DNA of 64,000 nt from IMG/VR virus record IMGVR_UViG_3300027586_000004, positions 1 through 64,000 of that record, one strand, 5' to 3'. A program made the position numbers and the translations under genes. The notes beneath the pieces are model-generated. The model was not told the DNA's origin, did no database searches, and saw only the letters and a list, made by a program, of their open reading frames with translations. Positions 20,309 through 29,332 of the stretch are shown piece after piece. Position 1 is the stretch's first letter. Every line of letters begins with the position of its first letter. This stretch comes from a virus.

Positions 20309-20839
20309 CTAATGATTGTTTTCAAACATGGGCTTGCCATTCTTGAAGGATGAATTACCTTCCAGAAACTGCATATGGTTGAAGTATTTCTTCTTAAGTT
20401 CGTTGTAGTTCCTTGCAGTCCTGTATAGCTGTCTGAAGTGGTTGAGTATACAGGTGGTCATGTAGTTGAAGGCCTTGCCCTTCCTGGAGTCAAATCGTTC
20501 TATTTTATCAAAGCATATCATGACTCCCTCTTGTACGGCGTCATCCGCATCTATCAACTGAAACTTTGCATATCTGACTATGTTCTCGGAAAGCGTGAAG
20601 AACGCGGATGCCAGATTTATCTTGCAGCCCTCGTGCTCCATGACCGCGTTCTTGAGAACTTCCTCCTTGGCTTTTAAGTCCGACTTGTTTCCCGAGGAGT
20701 CTACTTTCCTTATCTTTTTTCTTGATATTGTGTCTCTTATCTCTTCAGAAATTAGTCCAATCCTGCTGATGTCCTTCTTGGACGATTGGAACTGGTTTAT
20801 CGTCTTTTCAAATACCTTGTTATTCAGATACTCGTTCAT
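20309..20839 (-). CDS. Late-transcription sigma factor, T4 gp55-like
   Basis: YLNNK N-terminus; DDAVQEGVMICFDKIERFDSRKGKAFNYMTTCILNHF region-2 motif; no region 4. Confidence 0.85.
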   Translation of the reverse strand: MNEYLNNKVFEKTINQFQSSKKDISRIGLISEEIRDTISRKKIRKVDSSGNKSDLKAKEEVLKNAVMEHEGCKINLASAFFTLSENIVRYAKFQLIDADDAVQEGVMICFDKIERFDSRKGKAFNYMTTCILNHFRQLYRTARNYNELKKKYFNHMQFLEGNSSFKNGKPMFENNH

Positions 20840-21695
20840 TTTTTTCCTTTGTTGTTTTCCACGAACTTATGCGCTCCTTGGCCTCGGAAATTGCTTCTTT
20901 TATCCAAGGCTGGGCCTTGTCGTAGTAGACTTTGGAGTAGAGCATTCCGAGGCTCATGCTCCTGCAGTGGTCTATGTTCTCGTCGGTGTTCCTCTGAAAA
21001 TTATGCTCGTGTCCTATTATCTTAGTTCTGACATCGTGCTGCCTGAGTATCATGTTGCCGAGTATTTCGGTGTCGGGCCAATTGGGCCTTTCCGGGGACG
21101 GTTCGTGGCTCTCTAGCCCGTACATGGATGCGAGCCTTCTCATGCTCCATCCGAAGCCTATCTGGTCTAGTGTTTTGATGTGGTACATGGTGGCTGTGTG
21201 CGATATCATGCCTCTCCAATCGTCATGAGACCTGGGACTCATTTCATACCCCACGACCGGAAACTTGCCGTCTTCCTCGCCACAAACGGAAAGCAAGTCT
21301 TCAAGGAAGTCCCTTCTTCTAATGAAAACATCGGAGTGGGTGGCGAACATATAATCCGTCCTGCAAAGGCTCTGGGCCAAGTCCATGGCCATGCACACGG
21401 AGTCGGATGGATGTCTGGATCCGTTCAGCCTTATGCAGTGAACCTCCAGATCCGAATCATGCATGGACAGTATTTGTTGGAGGTTTTCATGCTCGCTACC
21501 TGTGTCTATGACCAGTATGTATGGTCTGATGGTCTGCATCCTCAATATCTCCACGCAGACAGACAGGGGTTCCACGGTATCTATGACTGGTATGACGGCC
21601 GTCACGTCGTATTCCCACGGCTTTTTTGTGCAGTCTCCCTTCCAAGGCTCTTTGTTGACGTCTGTGTTTCTCAATGGAGCCAGTTTCTGTGGCAT
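20820..21695 (-). CDS. Glycosyltransferase, GT-A/GT2-like
   Basis: TAVIPV, VIDTGS and HSDVF motifs. Confidence 0.75.
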   Translation of the reverse strand: MPQKLAPLRNTDVNKEPWKGDCTKKPWEYDVTAVIPVIDTVEPLSVCVEILRMQTIRPYILVIDTGSEHENLQQILSMHDSDLEVHCIRLNGSRHPSDSVCMAMDLAQSLCRTDYMFATHSDVFIRRRDFLEDLLSVCGEEDGKFPVVGYEMSPRSHDDWRGMISHTATMYHIKTLDQIGFGWSMRRLASMYGLESHEPSPERPNWPDTEILGNMILRQHDVRTKIIGHEHNFQRNTDENIDHCRSMSLGMLYSKVYYDKAQPWIKEAISEAKERISSWKTTKEKNERVSE

Positions 21696-21763
21696 AAAAA
21701 TGAATCCTAAAACCGTTTTGGCAAACTATATTAGTTACAAGAGGCAAATTTATAGGAGTAAAC

Positions 21764-22003
21764 ATGGAAAACATGGAAAACAAGCCTGAATACAGACATT
21801 CAAAAATAACGGTTGACGGAAGGTGCCTTGATCTTCTGCTCACGGAAGATGAGATAGCAACTTGTTTTGAGCGCTGCCTTGTGGATTCAAACCAGAAGTT
21901 CATAAACAAGGACGAGTGCTGCGAGTGCTGGCCCTCTGTTCAGCCTCCAGACTGTCCTTTCTGGAGGAAGATTCTCGGGGCGTGTAGGGAATGCGACCAG
22001 TAG
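21764..22003 (+). CDS. Cys-rich hypothetical protein
   Basis: AGGAG RBS; 79 aa. Confidence 0.65.
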   Translation: MENMENKPEYRHSKITVDGRCLDLLLTEDEIATCFERCLVDSNQKFINKDECCECWPSVQPPDCPFWRKILGACRECDQ

Positions 22004-22176
22004 ACGACTGTCTTTCATCGTTGCTTTCTATAATTGACAACCCGTCTGCGGAGGGTGGATATTTCCGGCTTCAGAGGTGCTACGAATCCCGCGGCATGCG
22101 TGAGGAGGCGGAATCAATGGCATTTTTGATTGCCGAGAAGTTCAATGCTAACAGTTCAAATACTGCTGAGAAATAA
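21991..22176 (+). CDS. Hypothetical protein
   Basis: 61 aa, overlapping both neighbours. Confidence 0.55.
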   Translation: MRPVDDCLSSLLSIIDNPSAEGGYFRLQRCYESRGMREEAESMAFLIAEKFNANSSNTAEK

Positions 22177-23098
22177 CAGAGAGACGATAGGAAGGACTCT
22201 AGATTCAGTTTCCGGACTTGGCAAAATAATGATCGGAAACCTAGAATCTAACGATGGAAGTCTGGAAGTATGCTCCTCCTATGATGTGGACATAGTTGAT
22301 GTGGGCAAAAAAAGGGATTTTTCCCTCATTAGAAACGGCCTTGCCGGTGAAGGACTCAATTTCTATTTGGAGGCTTGGGAATTTCTTGCCAGAGGGCGGG
22401 AGGAAATAACTTCTGCGGATGGGGGGAGGCAGGCCTGCGTAATAAGCGGGGGAATGGCCTCCAAGGAAACCAGAATTTGGCAAGGAAAGAACGGATTTGC
22501 GAATCCCGTCTATGAGACAATAATTGATCAGTCCGCATCTTATGACCCGAGAATAGTAATAGTATCGGGAGATGCTCCCAATCTGGGGTCTGAAAGAAGA
22601 GAGTTAGTCAAAAAATGGCTGGAGTCAAGGCCGACGGCTTGCGAACCATACTATTACATGGCCTGCTCTTGTCTTTATGAACGTAAATACGAGGATTTTT
22701 TCTTCTATGCAAAGAAATACCTGGCCATGGAGAGAAATCCCGGCGTAGAATCCGTACTCCTGTGCTACCACATGGCGCAGATAGAACTGCACACGGGACG
22801 GCTAAATGATGCGTCAAGCCACATTGTATTTTGCCTTTCTGTCCGGCCTATGATGGCGGAGTTCTGGTGCCTGCTAGGGGATATGTTCTACAAGCAGAAC
22901 AAGTTCGGCAAGGCCAGATCCATATATGAAAATGCAATAATAATAGGCAAGTCAAGAAAGAATTCCGACTCCTACCCCGTGGAAATATCCAAATACAAGG
23001 AGTACCCGGCCAAGATGATAAATAACATAGATGAGATATCCGAAGACATGCTAAAAAGGATAGAAAAGGCCAAGGCCGGCACAACAGATGAAGTTTAG
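22145..23098 (+). CDS. GT2-like domain plus TPR repeats
   Basis: LTVQILLRNN..TIGRTLDSV, DFSLIRN, F.NPVYE, then TPR-like helices (AEFWCLLGDMFY). DxD is replaced by LEAWE. Confidence 0.75.
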   Translation: MLTVQILLRNNRETIGRTLDSVSGLGKIMIGNLESNDGSLEVCSSYDVDIVDVGKKRDFSLIRNGLAGEGLNFYLEAWEFLARGREEITSADGGRQACVISGGMASKETRIWQGKNGFANPVYETIIDQSASYDPRIVIVSGDAPNLGSERRELVKKWLESRPTACEPYYYMACSCLYERKYEDFFFYAKKYLAMERNPGVESVLLCYHMAQIELHTGRLNDASSHIVFCLSVRPMMAEFWCLLGDMFYKQNKFGKARSIYENAIIIGKSRKNSDSYPVEISKYKEYPAKMINNIDEISEDMLKRIEKAKAGTTDEV

Positions 23099-23151
23099 CA
23101 AGGAGGTCCTGTTGGCCAGATTCCAAGTGTCAATCGGATCTGGACTCGGGG

Positions 23152-23538
23152 TCAGAAAATGATGTCTAGTTCGTTGACCACAACGGTCACCTGATCCTCC
23201 CACCTTGCCACGTCTATTTGCTTTCTTCCCGGCCCCAACTTGCTGAGTTTGGTTTCCAGTTCGCTTACGTGGCAGTTTATCACAGACCAGTGGTTTTCTG
23301 CGAGTTTGTTCAGTTCCTTTTCCTCGTCAGGAACCTCTAGATTAGGATAGTACTTCTGTAGATGTTCGCGGCACTCCTTTGCTATTTTTCTGTAGAGCGG
23401 GGCGTGGCACGCACACCCTGGGTTGTCCAGAAACTTTTCCAGATCGGGAGACATCTCCTTGGGCAAGGTCAGTCTGAACCTTGAGTCCTTCAGAGCCTTC
23501 TTTATGTCGGCGAGCGTGATTCTGTTTTCATTCGGCAT
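23152..23538 (-). CDS. Hypothetical protein
   Basis: 128 aa with NPGCAC motif. Confidence 0.7.
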   Translation of the reverse strand: MPNENRITLADIKKALKDSRFRLTLPKEMSPDLEKFLDNPGCACHAPLYRKIAKECREHLQKYYPNLEVPDEEKELNKLAENHWSVINCHVSELETKLSKLGPGRKQIDVARWEDQVTVVVNELDIIF

Positions 23539-23809
23539 GTTCGGTCTCCTCCATGAATCTTGCGTGGAAGTCCAGATTTTCCTGTCGCCATTTCTCCTCG
23601 TCTTTCTTCATTATTTCCTCTTCATTCCTTCTGTCCTGCTCTTCCTGCGGATCGCCGAACCTTCTTGGCAATACTGCTCTTCCGCACCCTTGGCATCTGT
23701 ATTTCTTGGAACTGATGGTGTCGTTTTTTATTTCGGGAAGCCCGGTGCTGTCTGCATCGGCGATGAGCTTCCATCCGCACGAGGAACAAAGAATGATGAC
23801 CTTTGTCAT
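23528..23809 (-). CDS. Zinc-ribbon protein
   Basis: CSSC...CQGC; start MTKVII at an ATGA overlap (the ORF-track 5' extension overlaps another gene). Confidence 0.7.
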   Translation of the reverse strand: MTKVIILCSSCGWKLIADADSTGLPEIKNDTISSKKYRCQGCGRAVLPRRFGDPQEEQDRRNEEEIMKKDEEKWRQENLDFHARFMEETEHAE

Positions 23810-24120
23810 TCCTGATCTACCCCCACTATGCTCTTCGCCTCCAAATAGTTCATGTATGTGGCGGACATGGTCGCCAAGAAGCTCCCCGCCATGCCACACA
23901 TGAAGACGACGGACGGCCTCTGGTCTACTATGAGATAGCCACACAGGAATCCCGCCCACGTTCCGAAGCACTGATAGCACGAGAAGACCTTGTTCAGCCA
24001 CTTGGGGCAGTTCTTTTCCACGAACTCTCTGAAAGGCACCATAATTGAGGAGGGATCGACGACGATGTTCGTAAGTCCTATTACGGCAAATGCAAAAAGC
24101 GCAAGAGAGGCGGTCGTCAT
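23806..24120 (-). CDS. Small membrane protein, DUF1360-like
   Basis: Three hydrophobic segments; PFRE...FSCYQCFGTW motif. Confidence 0.6.
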   Translation of the reverse strand: MTTASLALFAFAVIGLTNIVVDPSSIMVPFREFVEKNCPKWLNKVFSCYQCFGTWAGFLCGYLIVDQRPSVVFMCGMAGSFLATMSATYMNYLEAKSIVGVDQE

Positions 24121-24123
24121 CGT

Positions 24124-24486
24124 TCATCTCCAAAATGTAATGCGTACTTTTCCTTCTTTTCTGAAGGTGCTGAACGCCGTGAAGTTGTCATGAAGTTCAA
24201 AGTCTACGTTGTCGTCATCTACTGAAAATTCCGTATTGTAGATGAGATGCCTGTCAATCTTATCAATAGTAACATAGGTGCCGAAGTGTTCTGAAATTAT
24301 GTCTTCATGGACGCCCTTGGCGTTCCTTAAGAAGTCAAGTATGCACTTTTTGCCCATAGCCCGGAGCATGGGGGTCATCCTGCTCATCCTCCACTGGTCC
24401 CTCAGGTGTATCAAATCGGGCATTTTGCGCCATACTTCCTTGTTGTGGAAAATGAGCTCTTCCACATTTTGAATATTGATCTCCAT
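24124..24486 (-). CDS. Hypothetical protein
   Basis: ORF starting MEINIQN, in operon with the downstream genes. Confidence 0.65.
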   Translation of the reverse strand: MEINIQNVEELIFHNKEVWRKMPDLIHLRDQWRMSRMTPMLRAMGKKCILDFLRNAKGVHEDIISEHFGTYVTIDKIDRHLIYNTEFSVDDDNVDFELHDNFTAFSTFRKEGKVRITFWR

Positions 24487-24531
24487 AGCTCTAATAGAGT
24501 CACACGCCACATTTCATCAAAGGAGAAAATC

Positions 24532-25656
24532 ATGGCTGATGAGGCATTTAGGCCGCAGAAAAGGTCTATATCACAGGACGACATAGACGGTTCGGAAAAC
24601 GCATCAGACGGTTCGGACAACGCATCAGAAAAGTTGTCGGAAATGGCGTCCATGAGACAGCGTCTTGCCGAGGAGGTGGGCAAGGAAGTTGAAAACCCGT
24701 CCGAGGGTTCGGGAATGCGGGTGTCGGGAAAGGTTCCCGAGGAATTCAAGCAAGTTTTGGCTCAGAAGAGGATGCAAGGTCAGCCCCGAGCCGAAAAAAG
24801 GAATGCGCCTTCGGAAATGAGGGTTACGGGAAGCGGTAGGCTAGAGGAGTTGATCGCGGGTATCGGAGCCAAGGGGGGAATGATATATGAACAAGTGGAG
24901 CTCCCCTCCAAGGGCAAATTCTACGACGGCGAAAACGGACCTTCGGACGGAACAATACATCTGCGTCCGATGACGGGAGAGGAAGAGGAAATTCTCGCGA
25001 CGCCTAGGTTTGTGAAGAAGGGCCAGGCAATCAACATGATATTCAACAAGTGCATGAGGGAGAGTTATGATTCGGCCAACTTCCTCACGCAGGATCGCAC
25101 GTACATGCTAATATACCTGCGTGGCATATCGTACACGCCCGAATACGACGTAGAAGTGCGGGATCCCGACTCCGACCAGACTTTTGCGACCACCATAAAC
25201 CTCAATGAGCTTTATGTTGATCACTGCTCGTCGGATTTCGGGCCTGAAGATCTTCAGGACGTGCTTCCTTCCACGGGATACAAGTTCAGGTACAGGCTTG
25301 CCATAGGAAAGGACGAACAGCTCATCCAGGAATACAGGGAGAGAAGGGCTAAGAACTTTGATCTTTCGGGACAGGCGGACGACACGCTGCTCTACAGAAC
25401 GGCTCACCTCATGGAGGAGATAGAGGGGCTTGCCGACAAACTCGAGATACAGACACTCTTGAAGAAGCTCCCGATACAGGACGTGGCCTACCTTCGTACT
25501 GTGGTGAACGAACCTCCGTTCGGGGTCGATACAAAGATTAATATAACCAATCCGTATACGATGAGAGATTTTGAAATAGAACTCCCGTTGGAGTCAAATT
25601 TTTTCTTCCCGCGGGCAAAGAGAACGAAAAGTACAGCATCGAGGACGCAAGCCTAG
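24532..25656 (+). CDS. Baseplate hub assembly/tail chaperone, T4 gp26-like
   Basis: VELPSKGKFY, LRPMTGEEEEIL, DRTYMLIYLRGISY, LP.TG and terminal NFFF motif; AAGGAG RBS before 24532. Confidence 0.8.
   Translation: MADEAFRPQKRSISQDDIDGSENASDGSDNASEKLSEMASMRQRLAEEVGKEVENPSEGSGMRVSGKVPEEFKQVLAQKRMQGQPRAEKRNAPSEMRVTGSGRLEELIAGIGAKGGMIYEQVELPSKGKFYDGENGPSDGTIHLRPMTGEEEEILATPRFVKKGQAINMIFNKCMRESYDSANFLTQDRTYMLIYLRGISYTPEYDVEVRDPDSDQTFATTINLNELYVDHCSSDFGPEDLQDVLPSTGYKFRYRLAIGKDEQLIQEYRERRAKNFDLSGQADDTLLYRTAHLMEEIEGLADKLEIQTLLKKLPIQDVAYLRTVVNEPPFGVDTKINITNPYTMRDFEIELPLESNFFFPRAKRTKSTASRTQA
25596..25605 (+). promoter_or_regulatory. Candidate -1 programmed frameshift site (A AAT TTT / T TTT TTC)
   Basis: Two overlapping X XXY YYZ heptamers in the correct phase; the -1 frame is open to TAA 25841. 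Confidence 0.65.
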
Positions 25657-25673
25657 AGCTGTGGAAGAACTTG

Positions 25674-25841
25674 ATGGAGGAGATGTTCTTCTTCATCTAC
25701 CACATGCACCAGAGCAGGGAAAACTTTATGTCTTTGCCCATAAATGAAAGAAAATGGATAATAAGCAGGTTCATCCAGCAGAAGGAAAAGGAGAATGAGG
25801 CGATGGAAGCCGCTAGAAGGAAGGCCAAGGTGAAGAAGTAA
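25674..25841 (+). CDS. gp51-like hub assembly protein, or the C-terminal part of the frameshift product
   Basis: MEEMFFFIYHMHQSRENFMSLPINERKWIISRF...; TAATG overlap with the next gene; below the ORF-track cutoff. Confidence 0.75.
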   Translation: MEEMFFFIYHMHQSRENFMSLPINERKWIISRFIQQKEKENEAMEAARRKAKVKK

Positions 25842-26590
25842 TGGCGATAAAAGAGAGAAACCAGAATCCAGTGATCGGCGACAATCTGAATCTTCGCCTG
25901 TTTACCTACAACTCCAATCACAGGCAGAATGTCGCAAACGTAGAGAAAGTGGACATATATCAGTTGGATTCTTCTTGCGCTACCGAGCAAGATCCCGAAG
26001 GCAGAAGGCTAGTGATGTCCGTGGATGGCTCCGATGTGGTCGTGGTAAACGACCCATTCGGAGGACAATATGTGGTTTCGGCGGAACTAGAAGACCTAAA
26101 GTTCACCATAGGAAAATATGTGGATGTGTGGACTGTGAATTTTGACTCGGTTCAGTCGGGAACCGTTACGAATGAATTCCAAATCATGTCTGACCTCTGG
26201 TATGCGTCGGACATGCCGATAGTCTACGACTTCTCGTACGGATTCCGCCCAAACAGGCTAAGAAGGGGCGAAAGACGATGGTTGAGTGTGGATATTGTCC
26301 CGAATGTTCCCAACGCCTCTGATCTCCAGCGGTACTATGTGAATCTTGCGGTCGCAAGCCCCGTGAAGATATTCATTGAGAAGCAGTGCGGAAACTGCGT
26401 TCCAAAGGAAAGAGATCTGCGGATAGTCGTGGATGGGGCGGATGTGGAACATCGCCACGACTCGGAGGGCTACTACTTCCTTGATACGATGGCTCTCGAC
26501 ATGGATTGCGGTATTTACGATGTCTGGTTTGAATTAGAGTTCGGGGAAAACAAGTATATCTCGGAACCACTCCAGCTGCAGGTATTCTGA
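25841..26590 (+). CDS. Putative virion/baseplate protein
   Basis: 249-aa beta-rich ORF with two G.Y.DVW/G.YDVW motifs; coupled to the gp51-like ORF. Confidence 0.7.
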   Translation: MAIKERNQNPVIGDNLNLRLFTYNSNHRQNVANVEKVDIYQLDSSCATEQDPEGRRLVMSVDGSDVVVVNDPFGGQYVVSAELEDLKFTIGKYVDVWTVNFDSVQSGTVTNEFQIMSDLWYASDMPIVYDFSYGFRPNRLRRGERRWLSVDIVPNVPNASDLQRYYVNLAVASPVKIFIEKQCGNCVPKERDLRIVVDGADVEHRHDSEGYYFLDTMALDMDCGIYDVWFELEFGENKYISEPLQLQVF

Positions 26591-26613
26591 GTCAAGTTCG
26601 GTGTGTGTCAGTG

Positions 26614-26651
26614 GGGGAGTTCCAGTACGAACACTGGAACTCCCCTTTTTT
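26614..26651 (+). terminator. Rho-independent terminator
   Basis: Perfect 13-bp stem GGGGAGTTCCAGT/ACTGGAACTCCCC followed by a T-tract. Confidence 0.9.
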
Positions 26652-26694
26652 GTTGGCAAAACAACTATTCTGCTCCGATTCAGCAAATTGCAGG

Positions 26695-26722
26695 TTTACG
26701 TGACAGATTTCGTGCGTATAAT
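26695..26722 (+). promoter_or_regulatory. Sigma70-like early promoter
   Basis: TTTACG-N16-TATAAT just after the terminator, before a run of small genes. Confidence 0.55.
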
Positions 26723-26777
26723 CTAGGATGAACTACCCACCCGCTAAAGACGAACCCACAACGGGGAGGAACAAAAA

Positions 26778-27005
26778 ATGATAATCGTGCCGGCGTGGAT
26801 CAAAGAAGATGTGCCAGAGGGCATAAGGGCGATCCTCGGAAGCGAGCCTCCCGAAGGAGCGGAGGCAGAGTGGATTCCGAGGGATATAATTAAAAACTGT
26901 CTCTACTCTCCCGTGGAATTCGAAGGGCGAAAGATGGCCATGCTTGTGTTTGAGGAGGACAAGGCTCCCGAATCAGTCCGGGTCATCATCGGAAAGAAGA
27001 AATGA
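26778..27005 (+). CDS. Hypothetical protein
   Basis: GGAGG RBS; 75 aa. Confidence 0.65.
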   Translation: MIIVPAWIKEDVPEGIRAILGSEPPEGAEAEWIPRDIIKNCLYSPVEFEGRKMAMLVFEEDKAPESVRVIIGKKK

Positions 27006-27394
27006 CCTACGCAGAACATGTGGATAACCTCACCTCTTCGCACGGGATATCGGTGGAGTGGAAGGAGGGCTATTTCAGGGGCAGGGCGTGGAGGAAGCAA
27101 AGGAAAATCAAGATAGCCCCGGTGAAGACTGCCGTGACCTACGCAATCGCCCTGCACGAAATCGGCCACGTGGTGGGAAGGCAGTCGGGAAGAAGGATTG
27201 ACCGGGAGGTGCAGGCGTGGGAATGGGCCGAAGAAAACTCTCTGAAGTGGACGGAGCCGATGATCATCAAGGCGGCGAAGTGCGTGGCTTCGTACTTGAA
27301 AATGTGCCAGAGACACAGTAGCATGGCCCTGCCGCCCGCAGATCATCCCGCATGGCGGATTTCGCAGTGGTCCGAGAAAAACAAAGAGAGGTAA
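27002..27394 (+). CDS. Small zincin-like (HEXXH) protein
   Basis: ALHEIGH followed by a downstream E (REVQAW). Confidence 0.7.
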   Translation: MTYAEHVDNLTSSHGISVEWKEGYFRGRAWRKQRKIKIAPVKTAVTYAIALHEIGHVVGRQSGRRIDREVQAWEWAEENSLKWTEPMIIKAAKCVASYLKMCQRHSSMALPPADHPAWRISQWSEKNKER

Positions 27395-27399
27395 AATAT

Positions 27400-27693
27400 A
27401 TGCATGTTTCCTGCGAACCCAGCTTAAACCGGTTAGGTCTCTGCCCAAACTGTCACGCCTCTTGGGACGGCGGCGATATTTTTGATACTTTGCGTGGTCA
27501 AGTGTGGTGTGCTGATAAAAGCGACGATGATCTTCGGGCCCATATTTTCCATAATTACGGGCCACCTCCGTATCGTTGGTCTCGTCTACTGGGGATTGAA
27601 GCAGGATATTACGATGGCGTCTCGTATTGGATGTGCCCTGACTGTTCTGCGCGCTGGTCTGCTGGCATGAAAAACAAAGTCATCGCTGGTTGA
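27400..27693 (+). CDS. Zn-finger hypothetical protein
   Basis: CPNC...YDGVSYWMCPDC; GAGG RBS. Confidence 0.65.
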   Translation: MHVSCEPSLNRLGLCPNCHASWDGGDIFDTLRGQVWCADKSDDDLRAHIFHNYGPPPYRWSRLLGIEAGYYDGVSYWMCPDCSARWSAGMKNKVIAG

Positions 27694-27709
27694 CCTGCAT
27701 AAAGGGAAG

Positions 27710-28300
27710 GTGTCCGTGGATCGTACTTTGGAGCCACGTGAGATACCACGTCTGGTGCCGGACAAACAGTTCCCGCCATATAGCTATGTGACGAAGCGTT
27801 TCCCGCACCCGATGTCGGATCCGGCCGGACATAGTTTTGGCTGTGAGCCGGAGCATCCTGCGGCTCCGGAACCAAGCCATTGGAATGCATGCCGCCCTTA
27901 TCTGTACGGCATAGATCTGTTCAATCATGGCTACTATTGGGAGGCACACGAAGTTTGGGAAGGTCTCTGGCATGCCTGCGCCCGGGCTGGGACAACCGGA
28001 AACTTTCTCAAGGGTCTCATCCACATGGCCGCCGCCGGCGTCAAGGCGAGGGAGCGAAGACCGCAAGGCATTCAGAGGCATGCCATCAGGGCCAGGGAAC
28101 TCATGCAGATGACGACGTCCGAAGTCGGCCCTCATCATCTTCGATACATGGGGCTGGAGCTAAGCGAGCTCATCGGCTTCGCGACTGACTTGGCCGACCA
28201 ACCCCAAGTTGGCACGGCGGAACTCGGGACATCGGTCGAGATCGTCTTCCAGTTTGTTCTCTGTCCCGGGGAGCCGTCGCAGTGCGAGATCAAGCCATGA
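27710..28300 (+). CDS. DUF309 family protein
   Basis: GIDLFNHGYYWEAHEVWEGLW...LKGLI signature. Confidence 0.8.
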   Translation: MSVDRTLEPREIPRLVPDKQFPPYSYVTKRFPHPMSDPAGHSFGCEPEHPAAPEPSHWNACRPYLYGIDLFNHGYYWEAHEVWEGLWHACARAGTTGNFLKGLIHMAAAGVKARERRPQGIQRHAIRARELMQMTTSEVGPHHLRYMGLELSELIGFATDLADQPQVGTAELGTSVEIVFQFVLCPGEPSQCEIKP

Positions 28301-28314
28301 CCAAGCTCCGTAGG

Positions 28315-28863
28315 TCAATTGAAAAAGAAACCGTCATCAAGGCTCATGAGGTCTTCGTAACTCACCGCCGTCCACTCGCGGTACTTCATCAAGTATTCAA
28401 ACGACACATCTCCGAGGTCTTCTGACTTGATGAAGGCAATTCTGGGCTTTCTGTCCTTCTTCCAGAAGAGCAATGGCTTTCTCTTGCACCTCTCGGAGTC
28501 CGATGATACCTGTTTCAGGAACCCGTCTAGTTCGCTCTGGCCGCCCCGAAAGGCCGAGCAAAGGTCTATGTCGTTGTAGCCTCCCTTGCTTTCCAGAACG
28601 AATCTGAATCTTTCGGGGCATACGATGTCGCCAGAATAAAAGTTGGTGGCGGCTCTTGACAGCTGCACATTTTGACCCCATCGATTTCCGCTGCCCACTG
28701 CTCGACTGAAGGTTCCAGTGTCGGGGTTTGAGGAAATAATTTTTGAGAAACGGGCATTGAGGCTCTTGACGAGTTCGAGCTCTACTCTCTTGCCCTTCTT
28801 TCCCGATTTTATCTTTTTGGGTTTCTTTTTGAATATGTCGTCTACGTCAATATCTTCTTCCAT
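28315..28863 (-). CDS. Holliday junction resolvase (Hjc-like PD-(D/E)XK nuclease)
   Basis: KKGKRVELEL...GSG...GDIV...LESK motif. Confidence 0.75.
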   Translation of the reverse strand: MEEDIDVDDIFKKKPKKIKSGKKGKRVELELVKSLNARFSKIISSNPDTGTFSRAVGSGNRWGQNVQLSRAATNFYSGDIVCPERFRFVLESKGGYNDIDLCSAFRGGQSELDGFLKQVSSDSERCKRKPLLFWKKDRKPRIAFIKSEDLGDVSFEYLMKYREWTAVSYEDLMSLDDGFFFN

Positions 28864-28934
28864 GCCATATATAAGAGAATGCGCAAGTTAATAGTTATAA
28901 CCTTGGCTTTCATGGCCTTACAAACTAGAAAAAG

Positions 28935-29282
28935 TCAGTCTCCGAGCTGGTTGACGGGCTTGCCCTCTTCGCCCGAAATCTGCTCTATGTTTTCCTGACA
29001 GGCCTTGAGTACGGCCCGGAGGTCGTCCTTCTCTTCTATGGCCTTCATTACGGCAACCCCGCACTTTTGGAGCACGGACAGTTTGTCCTCCTCGCTCTGA
29101 GGCCAGTGCGTATGTATTATCCTCCGGATCTGATTGACTATGGTCTCCGCGTTGGATACGAGGTGCCGGACTCCCATGTTCTCCGCGCTGTCGTTGATGT
29201 CCTGGATTGCACTGAGGATATCTGCGACCCTCTGGGCAAAATAGCCCTTGTCCTCGCTTATGATAAAATCCTTGAATTCCAT
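28935..29282 (-). CDS. Hypothetical helical protein with capsid-targeting-like N-terminus
   Basis: Starts MEFKDFIISE; TAGATA 5 nt upstream. Confidence 0.7.
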   Translation of the reverse strand: MEFKDFIISEDKGYFAQRVADILSAIQDINDSAENMGVRHLVSNAETIVNQIRRIIHTHWPQSEEDKLSVLQKCGVAVMKAIEEKDDLRAVLKACQENIEQISGEEGKPVNQLGD

Positions 29283-29332
29283 GGGTTTATCTATCCTCGT
29301 CGCCAGAAATACCAGTCCCCTTTAGCGGGTGC

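Noticed and set aside
26728-26781. 17-codon leaderless ORF after the early promoter
   Set aside because: Too short to support; the downstream gene has its own GGAGG RBS, so it may be fortuitous.
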